Of a stretch of DNA of 64,000 nucleotides, positions 10,098 through 20,500 are shown one piece after another. The translations under genes were made by a program, and so were the position numbers. Source of the DNA: an uncultured bacterium (GTDB lineage: Bacteria; Verrucomicrobiota; Kiritimatiellia; CAIKKV01; CAIJXV01); NCBI GenBank assembly GCA_903824675.1, contig CAIJXV010000116.1, positions 111,379 to 175,378 of the forward strand. Reading direction: 5' to 3'. How positions within the stretch are numbered: the first letter of the stretch is position 1; each line of letters starts with the position of its first letter. The notes beneath the pieces were generated by a model. That model was not told the origin of the DNA. It worked only from the letters and a program-made list of their open reading frames with translations, and made no database searches.

Positions 10098-10319
10098 ATG
10101 ACACTGTTACCGCTGGGAATTTTCGGGGGGCAGATCGGCATGGGAGAACTCATCGTCGTATTGCTCATCATTTTGCTCCTTTTCGGTGCCCGCCGATTGC
10201 CTGATCTAGCCCGTTCGTTGGGGCGCAGCCTCAGCGAGTTTAAAAAAGGACGCGAAGACGAGTCTCGCGAAGCACCCCCCTCAGATAACAAACCGACCAC
10301 TCCCCCTTCCGCTCCCTAA
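10098..10319 (+). CDS. tatA: Twin-arginine translocase subunit TatA/E
   Basis: MGELIVVLLIILLLFGARRLPDLARSLGRSLSEFKKG is the canonical TatA TM + amphipathic helix. Confidence 0.88.
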   Translation: MTLLPLGIFGGQIGMGELIVVLLIILLLFGARRLPDLARSLGRSLSEFKKGREDESREAPPSDNKPTTPPSAP

Positions 10320-10337
10320 TCGAAGAGATCCCGTTCC

Positions 10338-10694
10338 ATGAAAATCTCCCTGAAAGTCGGCAACCAAGATGCCGCCTCCATCAAACAGGAGGAATTGCGC
10401 CTGCTGGATCGGGATATCGTCGCCTGTAGCCGGGGTGACTGGGAAGCCAAAAATCGCCTCTTTAAAACCTTCATGCCGCTTTTTCTGTCCCTGGCCCGAA
10501 AACGATCCCAGGAAAATGCCCGGATCAACCAGTATGTGGAAGCCGGAAAAACGGGGTTGCTCTCCGCCTGCAAGAAGTACAAACCTTCCATGGGCGCAGA
10601 CCGTTTCCAGATTTTCGCCTTGGATTTTATTGAGAAGGGGATGACGGTTATTGATCATCCCCGTGGATTCTTTGCCCGGCTCTTTGGTCGCTGA
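10338..10694 (+). CDS. Small protein carrying only a sigma-70 region-2-like segment
   Basis: LFLSLARKR...QYVEAGKTGLLSACKKYKPSMGADRFQIFALDFIEKGM aligns with sigma70 region 2.1-2.3 (LVISIAKKY...[36 protein letters not shown]); no region 4; stop overlaps the trmB ATG. Confidence 0.5.
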   Translation: MKISLKVGNQDAASIKQEELRLLDRDIVACSRGDWEAKNRLFKTFMPLFLSLARKRSQENARINQYVEAGKTGLLSACKKYKPSMGADRFQIFALDFIEKGMTVIDHPRGFFARLFGR

Positions 10695-11311
10695 TGACCC
10701 GGGAACGCAAAGGTAAGGAATGGACCGGCGATGTCCCGATTCTGTGGGAAGACGAAGATTACACCCCCCTTTTGTGGTCCACGTTGTTCCCCCACTCCCG
10801 CCCGATTGAAATTGACTGGGGATGTGGGAAAGGTCGTTTTCTGATGGCGCATGCGGCAGCCCATCCCGACCGCGATTTTCTTGGCGTCGACCTCCAACTC
10901 CGCCGACTCGGAAAACTAAACCAACGCGCCCGGGACCGGGGCTTGACCAATATCCGCCTGGTTTGTGCCGACATCCAGAAGACGGTTGAAAAACTGGTCC
11001 CCGACAGCGCGGTGGACACCTGTTATGCCTTCTTCCCGGACCCCTGGCCCAAGCGCAAACACCATCCCCGCCGACTGGTCAATGCCGCATTCATGGATGC
11101 CATCCATCGCATCCTCAAACCGGGTGGGCACCTGCATCTGGCCACCGATCACACGGATTATTTCGCGGCCATGCAAAAAGTGGCCACCCCGGACCTGCGC
11201 TTCGAACCTTCGCCCCCGTTCCTCCCCACCCTGGAGGAACGAACGGATTTCGAAATTATTTTTGCCGACCAATCCCTGTCTGCCCACCGGCTGAGTCTGC
11301 GCAAAAAATAG
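10694..11311 (+). CDS. trmB: tRNA (guanine46-N7)-methyltransferase
   Basis: IEIDWGCGKGRFL SAM-binding motif and FPDPWPKRKHHPRRL signature. Confidence 0.88.
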   Translation: MTRERKGKEWTGDVPILWEDEDYTPLLWSTLFPHSRPIEIDWGCGKGRFLMAHAAAHPDRDFLGVDLQLRRLGKLNQRARDRGLTNIRLVCADIQKTVEKLVPDSAVDTCYAFFPDPWPKRKHHPRRLVNAAFMDAIHRILKPGGHLHLATDHTDYFAAMQKVATPDLRFEPSPPFLPTLEERTDFEIIFADQSLSAHRLSLRKK

Positions 11312-11399
11312 CCGGTCTATTCAATAATTATAGGTATGAAACGGGCTCCGCCCCGTCGAGGAACCCGGAGTCACGATAAATGGATCGGTGCATCGGAAT

Positions 11400-12230
11400 C
11401 TACTTCAACTCCTTCGCCAACGACCGCAAATAACGGGCGATCAACCGGGTGGCCTCATCGGCCGGATATTTATGGCCTTCGTATTCCATATCGATATATC
11501 CCGAATAGCCGGCTTCGCGCATCGCATCCAGTACCCGTCCATGCAAGGGCGCCATCGTACCCTCCCCAATCAGCGCCGCGCTGTAGGATCGGCCATCCAG
11601 CCCGCTTATCCGTCCACCTTCGGTCACCACATCCCAATCTTTGAAATGGGAGTGAACCACCTGTTTTGCACATTGCCTGAATGAATCGGCCGGATCTTCG
11701 CCGCCGGTAAACACATTGCCGCTGTCAAAGGTCAGTTTTAATTCCGGGAGGTCATTCAAGGCCGCCTTGAAATCCGCCGCGATAACAAAAGGACTGTCCG
11801 CTCCCGGAAAGTTTTCCACCGTCAGGGTGATCCCGGCGGCCTGCGCCCAAGGCAAGGCCTGCTGCAAACCCCGCACAAAATTGCGCCGGGTTTTATCGCG
11901 GGCGACACCGACTTTGCCTGGTGTGACAGCCATCACCTTGTCGGTCCCCAACACCACGGCATTCTCGATCCCTTGTCGCACCACATCCAAGCCGGCCTGC
12001 AAAGCGGCCGTATCGGTCACATTTAAATCCGCCATGAACGTGTGACAGATCGTTTTCAATCCGTGATCGTCAACGATTTTGCGGAGGTCGGCGGCTTTGC
12101 GACCATACGTGGAAACCATGTCAATCCCGTCAATTCCCAGCTCTTGAGCCAGCCGGCACATGGCCGGAATATCGAATTGATCTGCGGAAACGCTCCTCGA
12201 CAAGGTGTAGGACATAACGGCCAGTTTCAT
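11400..12230 (-). CDS. Sugar phosphate isomerase/epimerase (xylose-isomerase-like TIM barrel)
   Basis: 276 aa; TIM-barrel AP-endonuclease-2-like pattern (DGIDM, HSHFKD, EYEGH). Confidence 0.7.
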   Translation of the reverse strand: MKLAVMSYTLSRSVSADQFDIPAMCRLAQELGIDGIDMVSTYGRKAADLRKIVDDHGLKTICHTFMADLNVTDTAALQAGLDVVRQGIENAVVLGTDKVMAVTPGKVGVARDKTRRNFVRGLQQALPWAQAAGITLTVENFPGADSPFVIAADFKAALNDLPELKLTFDSGNVFTGGEDPADSFRQCAKQVVHSHFKDWDVVTEGGRISGLDGRSYSAALIGEGTMAPLHGRVLDAMREAGYSGYIDMEYEGHKYPADEATRLIARYLRSLAKELK

Positions 12231-13552
12231 GATTTTCTTCCTTTAAGTATTTTGTTCCGTCGTCTCGCCAGGGTCGTCCGCTCGCGGATTTCGCGCCGGA
12301 TCAACCGGATCGCTGAATCGGCCATCAGATCGCCGGTTTCCGGCGCCATGTGACTCACCAGCCCAAAAGTGGTTTCATAGCCGCCGCGTTGAAAGGCATC
12401 CCGGGTCGGCACATATCCGATCATGCCGTTGGAAAAGCCAAAAATCAGGGCGCGCATCGGCGCGGCTTCCAATTTTATCCGCAAGCCGTGTTCCACGAAA
12501 TATTCGGCGGGGACCCCCACCACCGCCCAATCCCCGATAAACAACACTTGACTATCGGCTTTTTGAACCCGGTCCCGCCGGATTTTGGCCACGAGGCCCG
12601 GAATGGTCTGATCATACGCGGCGGGATCGACAAACCGCTGGGCGCCAAAAACCGTCCCGCGTACTTCGGCACGGGTGATTTTTCGAAATGGGAGGGAGAG
12701 GGTTTGCAGGGAGGCCCCGAGTCGGATGGTTTTATGATAGATCATTTTCTTCGTCAATCCGGCCACATCTTCGGCCAGGATTCGGCCGATCTGGTCCATC
12801 GCCGTTCCGCAACTCCGGGTGGGATCGGAATCATGCATATTGCCCGCGGCTCCGTTGAAGAACATCGGCACCGGCCATCCTCGTTTTTTTAATTCGCCAG
12901 CCAGGCATCCCGGATACCCCGCGGACAGCATCTGATCCCCGCCGTGATGAGTGGGATGGCAGGTAAAATTGACGATGCAGCCCAACTTCTTGCCGGCCAC
13001 CGAACGGATATCGATCACAGCCACTTCCGGATCGATGGGCCCTTCCAGACACAAAGCATCCGGCAATCGGGTAAAGTCGCCATGGGTTTTGACCGTTCCA
13101 TCCCGCATCACAACCCGGCGGTTATGAGCCACCCGCCATTCGAAGCCGGAGGCAAATCCGATTTTCGCCGGTTCCCGGTTGCGCCAGGCCAACTCAAAAG
13201 CATCCACCACCCTTTGAATCAGCTCTTCGATATAGGCCGCATCCCGAACGGTTTCCCCAAAGGTGGCCACGGCCGGCCCGGCATGATTATGGGTGGCGCC
13301 CACCAGAATATGGGAGGGGGGGACTCCGCATCGCTGACGAATCCGGCGGCGGATCTCATCCACCTGGCTCCACCGGATGGACAGCGTGTCCAACTGCACG
13401 AGGCCCAACGTCGTTCCCCCATCGCTTAAAACCGCCACGCGAGCATACAAGGGATCGATGACCGCGTTCGATTCAATTCGGATCAACCATCCGATTTTTA
13501 AAGTCCCTACCGGGGGAGTGATATCCACATTTTTAAAAGCCGCACGCAACAT
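12227..13552 (-). CDS. Neutral/alkaline ceramidase-like hydrolase (tentative)
   Basis: N-terminal AAFKNVDITPPVG resembles the ceramidase N-terminus; 4-nt overlap with the downstream isomerase gene; assignment from recall only. Confidence 0.4.
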   Translation of the reverse strand: MLRAAFKNVDITPPVGTLKIGWLIRIESNAVIDPLYARVAVLSDGGTTLGLVQLDTLSIRWSQVDEIRRRIRQRCGVPPSHILVGATHNHAGPAVATFGETVRDAAYIEELIQRVVDAFELAWRNREPAKIGFASGFEWRVAHNRRVVMRDGTVKTHGDFTRLPDALCLEGPIDPEVAVIDIRSVAGKKLGCIVNFTCHPTHHGGDQMLSAGYPGCLAGELKKRGWPVPMFFNGAAGNMHDSDPTRSCGTAMDQIGRILAEDVAGLTKKMIYHKTIRLGASLQTLSLPFRKITRAEVRGTVFGAQRFVDPAAYDQTIPGLVAKIRRDRVQKADSQVLFIGDWAVVGVPAEYFVEHGLRIKLEAAPMRALIFGFSNGMIGYVPTRDAFQRGGYETTFGLVSHMAPETGDLMADSAIRLIRREIRERTTLARRRNKILKGRKS

Positions 13553-13769
13553 GTTTCATCTCCTTAATCCGGAAAATCGACAACTGTTTGGATTGTCGCG
13601 GGTCAGGCGTCAAACAACAATAGAAAAGTGTTGCGAAAAAAGGCTTTCGCTTGCGCCAACGCATCGGTTTCGGTTATCGGTTTCCGCTTGCTTCAATCAG
13701 ATAAATAGAAGATTATTTTTTACTTCCGATGGACATTCCCTCGCGATGGTCTGGCAAGAAGGATTGAGC

Positions 13770-16337
13770 ATGGACTTCACCGATTCCCGCATTAAAATCA
13801 ATGCGCTTCATAAGAATTCGCGGCAAATTCGCCTCTGGTCCGTGTTTTATCTAGTGGGAATCACCTTGGTGATCTCCCTGATTTTTCTGGACAGCCACCG
13901 CCGATTCAACCGACAACTCGACCGGCAACTCCTCCTCGGAGCCCAAGCGGTTCCGGGTGTCCTCCCCCCTAATTTTCACGATCGAGCCATCCTCCCCGGC
14001 GCCATCTCCCGTGAAGAATTTCTGGTCCAGGCACAACGCCTGTCGGATCTCGCCACGGCCAACGATTTCCATCGTCTTTTCACCGTTATCCGCCATAACG
14101 GCCAGTTTTTTTTGACCGCGTACAACTTTGACCCTAAAAGCAGAAACATCCCCCGTGATCAGTATTTTCAGCCTTATCCCGATGCGCCTCCGGAATTAAT
14201 CCGGGTCTTTGACCAACAGACCCCCGCGTATGCCCATTACAGCGATCAATGGGGAACGGCCCGTGCGGTTTTTATCCCCGCACGCTCGCCCGAAGGAAAT
14301 GTCTACGTGGTGGGCGCCAATTATGATTCCCTCATGCTCCATAAAAATCTTTTTGCACGCCTCCTGGTCAGTCTCGGAATCGGGCTCCTGGCCGGGCTCG
14401 CCGCTTTTCCCATCCTGCTCAACCAGCATATCACCTATCGAAACCATACCCAGGTTCTTCGGGAATTTACCCAAGCCCTGACGAGTGAAGTCGCCCGGCG
14501 AACAGAAGATTTATCCCGGGAAATCGCCGACCGTAAAGTTTTCGAAAATCGGCAGGCGTTCACCATCCGGATCTTGGAGCGCATCCAACAACCCGGTCCC
14601 GACCCCCTGTTGATCCATGACATCCTGAGTCTTTTCAAGGACTTTACCGGCATGGAAGAAATCAGCATGCGACTCCGGAAAGGATCGGAATTCCCGTTCT
14701 ATCGCCTGCCCCCGCCAAACCCCACCGGTACTCATTCGGAAATCCGGTTGCCCCTCCAATCCGTTAACACCAGTTGCCCCCTTTGCGCAAATGGGGAATT
14801 CCCTCTGTCCTGCCTGTGCGGCATGGTGATCGGAGGCCGAACCGATCCCTCGCACCCCTTCTTCACCTCGTCCGGGAGTTTCTTCAGCGGACACTTCCCC
14901 GAAACTTACGCCCAACTCCGGCAAGCCCCCCCCACGACCGAATTGCGGACGGATTGCCTCACTCACCAAATTCAAACCCTGACCTTGATTCCCATCTCCG
15001 ACGGATCGTCGGTTATCGGCCTTTTGCATCTCTCTGATTCCCGACCCGACCGGATGTCCCTGAACGACATCCATTTCCTTGAAAATGTCGCCATTACCTT
15101 CGGAATGGCCCTGCATCGCGAACAGTTGGTGGCCGACCTGAAAGACAACCATCAACAACTGCAAAAGGCGCTTTCAGATTTGCGCAAGGCTCAAAAAATC
15201 ATCATTCAGCAGGAACGCTTGGCGGCATTAGGCCAACTGGTATCAGGCATCTCCCATGATTTCAATAATGCCCTTATGCCCATCCGGGGTTTGACTCAAT
15301 TCATCCTCGATAATTCCGATTTGTCCGAGAATCCCACCGAAATCCGACGGCTCATCTCCATCATCGCCGTCGCGAGCCGCGACGCCACTGCCATCGTCCA
15401 GCGCCTGAAAGAAACATTCACTCCCCCACCTGAACTCCAACTTCAAAAAATCGAAACCGAATTCCTCCTGGATGACATCCTAGCCACTGCGCGACTGCGC
15501 TGGGAACAGGCAACCCCTCCCATCCCGATCAAAACCGAGCTGGCCATTCATGGACTGGATGAATTCTGGGCCGATGAAATCCAAATCCGCGCGGCCTTAT
15601 TGAATCTCATTTATAACGCGGCCGATACCATGTCCCAGGGCGGCATATTGACGTTGACAGCCGGAATCGAAGGGGACCGGGCCGTGTTATCCGTACATGA
15701 TACCGGAAACGGCATGACCCCTGAAATTCGCGAAAGATGTCTGGAACCCTTCTTCACAACAAAGGGTCAATTTGGCACGGGAATCGGGTTGACCATGGTT
15801 CAACAGGCTGTCATCCGTCACAGCGGTGAAATTGAAATTCAAACCGCCCCCGGCCAAGGCACGACCGTCCGGATTCTTCTTCCCTTGAATCCACCCCTAC
15901 CCCTTACCGAGAATTCCGAATCGGAAACCTTTGCCCTTCCGATCCACCCCCTCAAGATCCTCGTGATCGATGACGACCTGATTGCCAACGAAATTATCCG
16001 TCATTTTCTGGTCCGGGATGGACATGAGGTTACCTGCCTGACCCAGGGCCGGGAAATTACCGATAGGTTTAGTGAAACCACGTTTGACTTGGTTATCACG
16101 GACCGGATTATGCCCTCGTTCTCAGGCGAAGAGGTCGTCCGCTGGGTCAAGACCTACTATCCGACCTGTCCCGTCATTCTGATTTCCGGCCTCCCCTTCT
16201 TGTCGCCCATGGTCCCCGATACAATAGCCGGCGCTGATTATTGTTTGGAAAAACCCATAACTTCAAAACAACTCCGGAGTACGATTGCCTGCATCTTCAA
16301 CCGTCAATCCGAGCCCAAACCGTCTTCGCCGGATTAA
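13770..16337 (+). CDS. Hybrid sensor histidine kinase (periplasmic sensor - GAF - HisKA - HATPase - REC)
   Basis: Start moved to an internal Met ahead of the first TM helix (track ORF overlaps the convergent gene); H-box LVSGISHDFNNALMPI; N/G boxes LIYNAADTM, DTGNGM, GTGIGL; C-terminal receiver KILVIDDD...DLVITDRIMP. Confidence 0.85.
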   Translation: MDFTDSRIKINALHKNSRQIRLWSVFYLVGITLVISLIFLDSHRRFNRQLDRQLLLGAQAVPGVLPPNFHDRAILPGAISREEFLVQAQRLSDLATANDFHRLFTVIRHNGQFFLTAYNFDPKSRNIPRDQYFQPYPDAPPELIRVFDQQTPAYAHYSDQWGTARAVFIPARSPEGNVYVVGANYDSLMLHKNLFARLLVSLGIGLLAGLAAFPILLNQHITYRNHTQVLREFTQALTSEVARRTEDLSREIADRKVFENRQAFTIRILERIQQPGPDPLLIHDILSLFKDFTGMEEISMRLRKGSEFPFYRLPPPNPTGTHSEIRLPLQSVNTSCPLCANGEFPLSCLCGMVIGGRTDPSHPFFTSSGSFFSGHFPETYAQLRQAPPTTELRTDCLTHQIQTLTLIPISDGSSVIGLLHLSDSRPDRMSLNDIHFLENVAITFGMALHREQLVADLKDNHQQLQKALSDLRKAQKIIIQQERLAALGQLVSGISHDFNNALMPIRGLTQFILDNSDLSENPTEIRRLISIIAVASRDATAIVQRLKETFTPPPELQLQKIETEFLLDDILATARLRWEQATPPIPIKTELAIHGLDEFWADEIQIRAALLNLIYNAADTMSQGGILTLTAGIEGDRAVLSVHDTGNGMTPEIRERCLEPFFTTKGQFGTGIGLTMVQQAVIRHSGEIEIQTAPGQGTTVRILLPLNPPLPLTENSESETFALPIHPLKILVIDDDLIANEIIRHFLVRDGHEVTCLTQGREITDRFSETTFDLVITDRIMPSFSGEEVVRWVKTYYPTCPVILISGLPFLSPMVPDTIAGADYCLEKPITSKQLRSTIACIFNRQSEPKPSSPD

Positions 16338-16412
16338 GGCGACATCCCCGATCGTCCCAGCCATGTCGTGCGATTTCTGGATTTCCAGCGCCGGATTACT
16401 CTCCCCACCCAC

Positions 16413-17444
16413 TCAAGCCCTGCGGGCCTGGAGTTTCGCCAGTATCGAGTTCCCGAAAGACTGCGGCAGGGTCACTCGTCCGGCGCCTGCCGCCGAGGCA
16501 TAGATCGCCATGATGGCTTGGTAGGATTTAATGGAGTTCTCCATCGAAGAGATATGCCCTACGGCAGGATCGGCGGCATAACGGGCCGCAGCATCCAGAT
16601 GAGCGCTCAAACCCGCCAGCCAATCCGTGTCCCAGGCGGAATCCTCCCGCACCAAGGTCCCCTTATCGTAACAGGCTATCTCCAACTTCTGATTCAGGGT
16701 ATTCTTGATATGGCCTCGATCGCCGTATGCTTCCACTGCCATTTGGAACCAAAACTCCGCCTCTCCGGGAACCGCATATCCCGCGGAACCAAGCGTCAGG
16801 TAGGCGCGGGTATCATCGTCAAAACACAAGGTCGCAATCGCTGCATCGGGCGCCGGAGCCCCTTCCTTGTCGAATCCCTGCAAATCGTCCACCTGTCCCA
16901 TCACCCATTTGAGCGGCCGATATTGGTGAAAATACAGGACCATGTCCACCAAGTGGGTCCCTTGTTCTAATAAATTGCCCATGCAAGTGGCCCGGTAGAA
17001 ACGGATCGGCCCGAGATCCCCGTCACGGATGACCTTCGCCATGCGTGCCCAGGTCTTCATCCATTTTTTCTGGTGCCCCACCACCACCCGCGCCTTCCCC
17101 GCCCGGGTCATCCAGTCAATTTGATAGGCTTCATCCGGGGTTAAAGCCAGGGGTTTTTCAAGATTGAACAGTTTGACCCCCAGCCCCTCCGCAGCCCGAA
17201 GGGCTTCCAACCGGTAATGCGGATTGGCGGCAACATCCACCAGGTCCGGCTTCACCGCCTTCACGGCCTCACGCAGATCCCGCGAGGCATACCCGATCCC
17301 AAACTGCTTGGCGACAGCCTCCACGGCCGCACCCGGAAAAACATCGACCAATCCGACCAGCTCAACCTCTTTGCACGCCTGGTAAGCCCGGATGTGATTT
17401 TGCGCCCAATGGCCTGAACCCACCAACAATGCTTTCATTTTCAT
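16413..17444 (-). CDS. Gfo/Idh/MocA-family NAD(P)-dependent oxidoreductase
   Basis: N-terminal Rossmann KALLVGSGHWAQNHIRAY...VELVGLVD. Confidence 0.8.
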   Translation of the reverse strand: MKMKALLVGSGHWAQNHIRAYQACKEVELVGLVDVFPGAAVEAVAKQFGIGYASRDLREAVKAVKPDLVDVAANPHYRLEALRAAEGLGVKLFNLEKPLALTPDEAYQIDWMTRAGKARVVVGHQKKWMKTWARMAKVIRDGDLGPIRFYRATCMGNLLEQGTHLVDMVLYFHQYRPLKWVMGQVDDLQGFDKEGAPAPDAAIATLCFDDDTRAYLTLGSAGYAVPGEAEFWFQMAVEAYGDRGHIKNTLNQKLEIACYDKGTLVREDSAWDTDWLAGLSAHLDAAARYAADPAVGHISSMENSIKSYQAIMAIYASAAGAGRVTLPQSFGNSILAKLQARRA

Positions 17445-17448
17445 ATAT

Positions 17449-18870
17449 TTATCCTCTTTGACTCCAGGTCAATAATTGCCGGCACAAATTCTCCCGCACT
17501 TCCCGATAATCGCGGTCGTCTGCTCGATTGAGCCGCTCGCCAAAATCGCTTTCGAAATCATATAATTCGTCGCGCCCCCCCATCTGATCATGCACATACT
17601 TCCAGCGCCGGGTCCGGATCATTTTGCGCTGCCCCTCCGCCTCTCGCCATTGGAGCGATGCGACGAAGGGATTCACCAGTCGGTCGGCATCCTCCTGGGT
17701 GAAAGCGGGTCCCCCCGCACCATATTCGGCAAAGGCCGCCTCCCGCCGAGCATCACAACCCGCGATCCCTGGAAGACATTGCCCTTGCATGATCGGAGGG
17801 ATGGGCTCGCCTTGGAGCGTCAGGACCGTCGGCACGATATCGATTAGGTTCACCGGATCAAATTCAACCCGACCTTCCGGCACGGAACCGGGGCAGGACA
17901 CAATCAAGGGCACTCGTACCAGACAATCGTAAAAGGCTCCGCCTTTATCCATGATCCCATGCTCGCCGGTAAAATCCCCGTGGTCGGAACAAAACACCAC
18001 AACAGTCCGGCGCCGAAGATCCAACCGCTCCAGCGCGTCTAAAATCCGGCCCATCGCCGCATCGATCATCGCCGTCATGGCCAGGTACGTCGCCAGCGTC
18101 GCGCACACATGGAGTTCATCACCCGGTTCCCATCCGTGAATCCGGCGCAAAACCTGGGTTCGCTCGGTCATCCCCTTCTCCTCCCTGGCATCGAACGGGG
18201 GCAGGGGCACCGCCCGAAACCGATCCACCCAAGCACGGGGCGCCTCAATCGGCGAATGGGGGTCGGGAAACGAAACCCATAAGGCGAATGGATTGTCGCG
18301 ATGGGTTTCCAAATAGCGAAGGGTCTGGGCAGCAATTACCGAGGTTCCATATTGGGCTTCCGGGAATTCGGTTGCCGCATAGGAGAACGATAAACCTTGC
18401 CGGGGCATTTGGCGCCGGACAGCATGGGCGGATTGAATTGCCGCCGGATCCACACACCAGTCCAGTCCGGCATGGTGCGCGTTCTCGGGTAAACCTAAAT
18501 GATCCAGTTCACACCAATCGTCGAACAAGGCCAGGTCATCCGGTTCCCTAAAACAATGGTTTTTCCCGATCAACCCGCACCGATACCCCGCTTGTTTCCA
18601 TGTCTGAAAGGCATGACGCCGTCCGGGTTGCAGATAAATCTGATTGCGCTGACTGCCATGGGAACTCGAATATTGGCTGGTCCATACCGACGTCCGCGCC
18701 GGCACACACAAGGGGTGCGGGGTCATCGCCAGATCATAGCGGGTACCGGTGGCCGCCAGCCGTGCCAACTGGGGCGTGGGGCAGAGCGAATTCCCGTAGG
18801 GCCCGATCGCCGTCGCCTTCAGTTGGTCGCACATCACCACCAGGATATTGAGTCGATCCGACGACATCAT
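17449..18870 (-). CDS. Sulfatase (formylglycine-dependent)
   Basis: Signature CVPARTSVWTSQY (C-x-P-x-R) and N-terminal NILVVMCDQL. Confidence 0.88.
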   Translation of the reverse strand: MMSSDRLNILVVMCDQLKATAIGPYGNSLCPTPQLARLAATGTRYDLAMTPHPLCVPARTSVWTSQYSSSHGSQRNQIYLQPGRRHAFQTWKQAGYRCGLIGKNHCFREPDDLALFDDWCELDHLGLPENAHHAGLDWCVDPAAIQSAHAVRRQMPRQGLSFSYAATEFPEAQYGTSVIAAQTLRYLETHRDNPFALWVSFPDPHSPIEAPRAWVDRFRAVPLPPFDAREEKGMTERTQVLRRIHGWEPGDELHVCATLATYLAMTAMIDAAMGRILDALERLDLRRRTVVVFCSDHGDFTGEHGIMDKGGAFYDCLVRVPLIVSCPGSVPEGRVEFDPVNLIDIVPTVLTLQGEPIPPIMQGQCLPGIAGCDARREAAFAEYGAGGPAFTQEDADRLVNPFVASLQWREAEGQRKMIRTRRWKYVHDQMGGRDELYDFESDFGERLNRADDRDYREVRENLCRQLLTWSQRG

Positions 18871-18877
18871 GCGCCTC

Positions 18878-20500
18878 TCAGAGATCGAATTCGAAAACCG
18901 TCAGACTCGCCGGCGGAAACGTAACTGTTTCGCCGAGTCGAACCGTTTCCGTGGTTAAATGCACCGCTTCCGGCTGGTCCATCGTATTGCCGGCCGTCAC
19001 GGAAGCCCCGACCAGACGTGTCACCATCACCCGGTCCGTCCGTGGCGTAACCCCGCGAAACGTCAAGGCGGCGGTCAATGGACGATCCTCCAGCTTTTGA
19101 ATCACCGACAAGGTCATCCGCTTCCGATGGTCATCGATGCTGGCCAGTACATCCAGCGCCGACACATCGTTGAAATGAAGCAGGGAGGGAAGTTTTTCAT
19201 CCCGCGCCTTTTCAGGATTCACGATTCCGCAGAAAAACCGCTCATGTTTGGCACAGAACACCGGGGCCGCGACGGGCGTTTCCACCACGCGACCGGCCGC
19301 ATGGGCATCCCGGATCGCCTTATGGGCATACCAAGTCGTCTGCTTGAATAGGCCCCGCTTATCCGCCATCATCAGCGCCAGGGTATTCAAGGCCAGGCTG
19401 ATATTGGAGAGACCAACCGTCCGGGCATTGCGCAAAACCACATGCAACAGGGAGGCCACGGTCAGAGCATCGCCGAAATTGAAATATTCCTCCAAATCAT
19501 GTTCTGGATCATGCTTGCTGCGATACCACACGTTCCATTCATCGAAGGCGATTAGTGGCCGAAACGGAACCGCAGGAGGTGAACCCAATTCGCGGTGGGT
19601 CAGCGGATGCACGCCCAACGCCGTATCCGCCGCCTCGTCGATCAACGCATTCAGCCCGTTGAACATCGCTTCGCAGACCCGGAAGGCGGACATGGAATCC
19701 CGGAAAATCGGCCGACCGAAGTAATTGTGTACGCTGATCATATCCGCCAATCCCACCGTTTCAAATAGAACGGTGCGATCCCATTCCGGATTCGGACGGC
19801 CCAATCCGCAGACCACCACCTGGATGGTCGGATCGACGCGTTTCATTTGCAGAATGGCCTCACGGCACCATCGCGCATATTCGGTTGCGCTCTTCTGACC
19901 CGCCTGCCAGTTCCCATAAATCTCATTACCCAACCCGAACAGCTTGACCCCGTAGGGTTCCTCCCGGCCATGCGTCCGCCGGAGATCGGCCCAGCGGGTC
20001 GGCCGGGTCGAGTTAAGATACTCCACCAGGTGGGCCGCATCTTCGGGACTCTGGGTATGCGCATTGACGGTCAGGTAAAGTTCCGCACCCAGTTCCCGGC
20101 AGAGCGCATGGGCCTCGGGGATTCCGAATGCCGTACTTTGCGCCGTATTCTGGGTCCGAAACAGTTTGGCGCGCGGCCGTTCATCGCGCGGCCCCACCAA
20201 CTCCTGCCAATCAAAATAGGTGGCGCCACACCCGCCGGGATAGCGGATATGCGTCGGCCGAAGTTCACGCAACCCTTCGACGACATCCGCCCGCAAGCCA
20301 TCGGACCGGGCCTGTGGGTGGGTTGGATCATACAACCCGCCGTTGATGCAAGTGCCCGCCATTTCGATGAATTGTCCGTAGAGAAACGGATGAATGTCCG
20401 CCAGGGTATTGCACCCCATCACGATGATTTCAGCTTCCGCCATGTTGCGTCTCCTTAAAAGATTGTTGCTAGTTTTCTCAGCGTGGGATCGTATTGCCAT
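18878..20500 (-). CDS. Alpha-L-arabinofuranosidase-like glycoside hydrolase (GH51-like)
   Basis: N-terminal LYGQFIEMAGTCINGGLYD matches the GH51 catalytic-domain opening motif; TIM-barrel-sized. Confidence 0.6.
   Translation of the reverse strand: MAIRSHAEKTSNNLLRRRNMAEAEIIVMGCNTLADIHPFLYGQFIEMAGTCINGGLYDPTHPQARSDGLRADVVEGLRELRPTHIRYPGGCGATYFDWQELVGPRDERPRAKLFRTQNTAQSTAFGIPEAHALCRELGAELYLTVNAHTQSPEDAAHLVEYLNSTRPTRWADLRRTHGREEPYGVKLFGLGNEIYGNWQAGQKSATEYARWCREAILQMKRVDPTIQVVVCGLGRPNPEWDRTVLFETVGLADMISVHNYFGRPIFRDSMSAFRVCEAMFNGLNALIDEAADTALGVHPLTHRELGSPPAVPFRPLIAFDEWNVWYRSKHDPEHDLEEYFNFGDALTVASLLHVVLRNARTVGLSNISLALNTLALMMADKRGLFKQTTWYAHKAIRDAHAAGRVVETPVAAPVFCAKHERFFCGIVNPEKARDEKLPSLLHFNDVSALDVLASIDDHRKRMTLSVIQKLEDRPLTAALTFRGVTPRTDRVMVTRLVGASVTAGNTMDQPEAVHLTTETVRLGETVTFPPASLTVFEFDL

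Noticed and set aside
13377-13769. N-terminal 130-aa extension of the histidine-kinase ORF
   Set aside because: It overlaps the convergent ceramidase-like gene over 13377-13552. The first TM helix of the sensor begins right after the Met at 13770.
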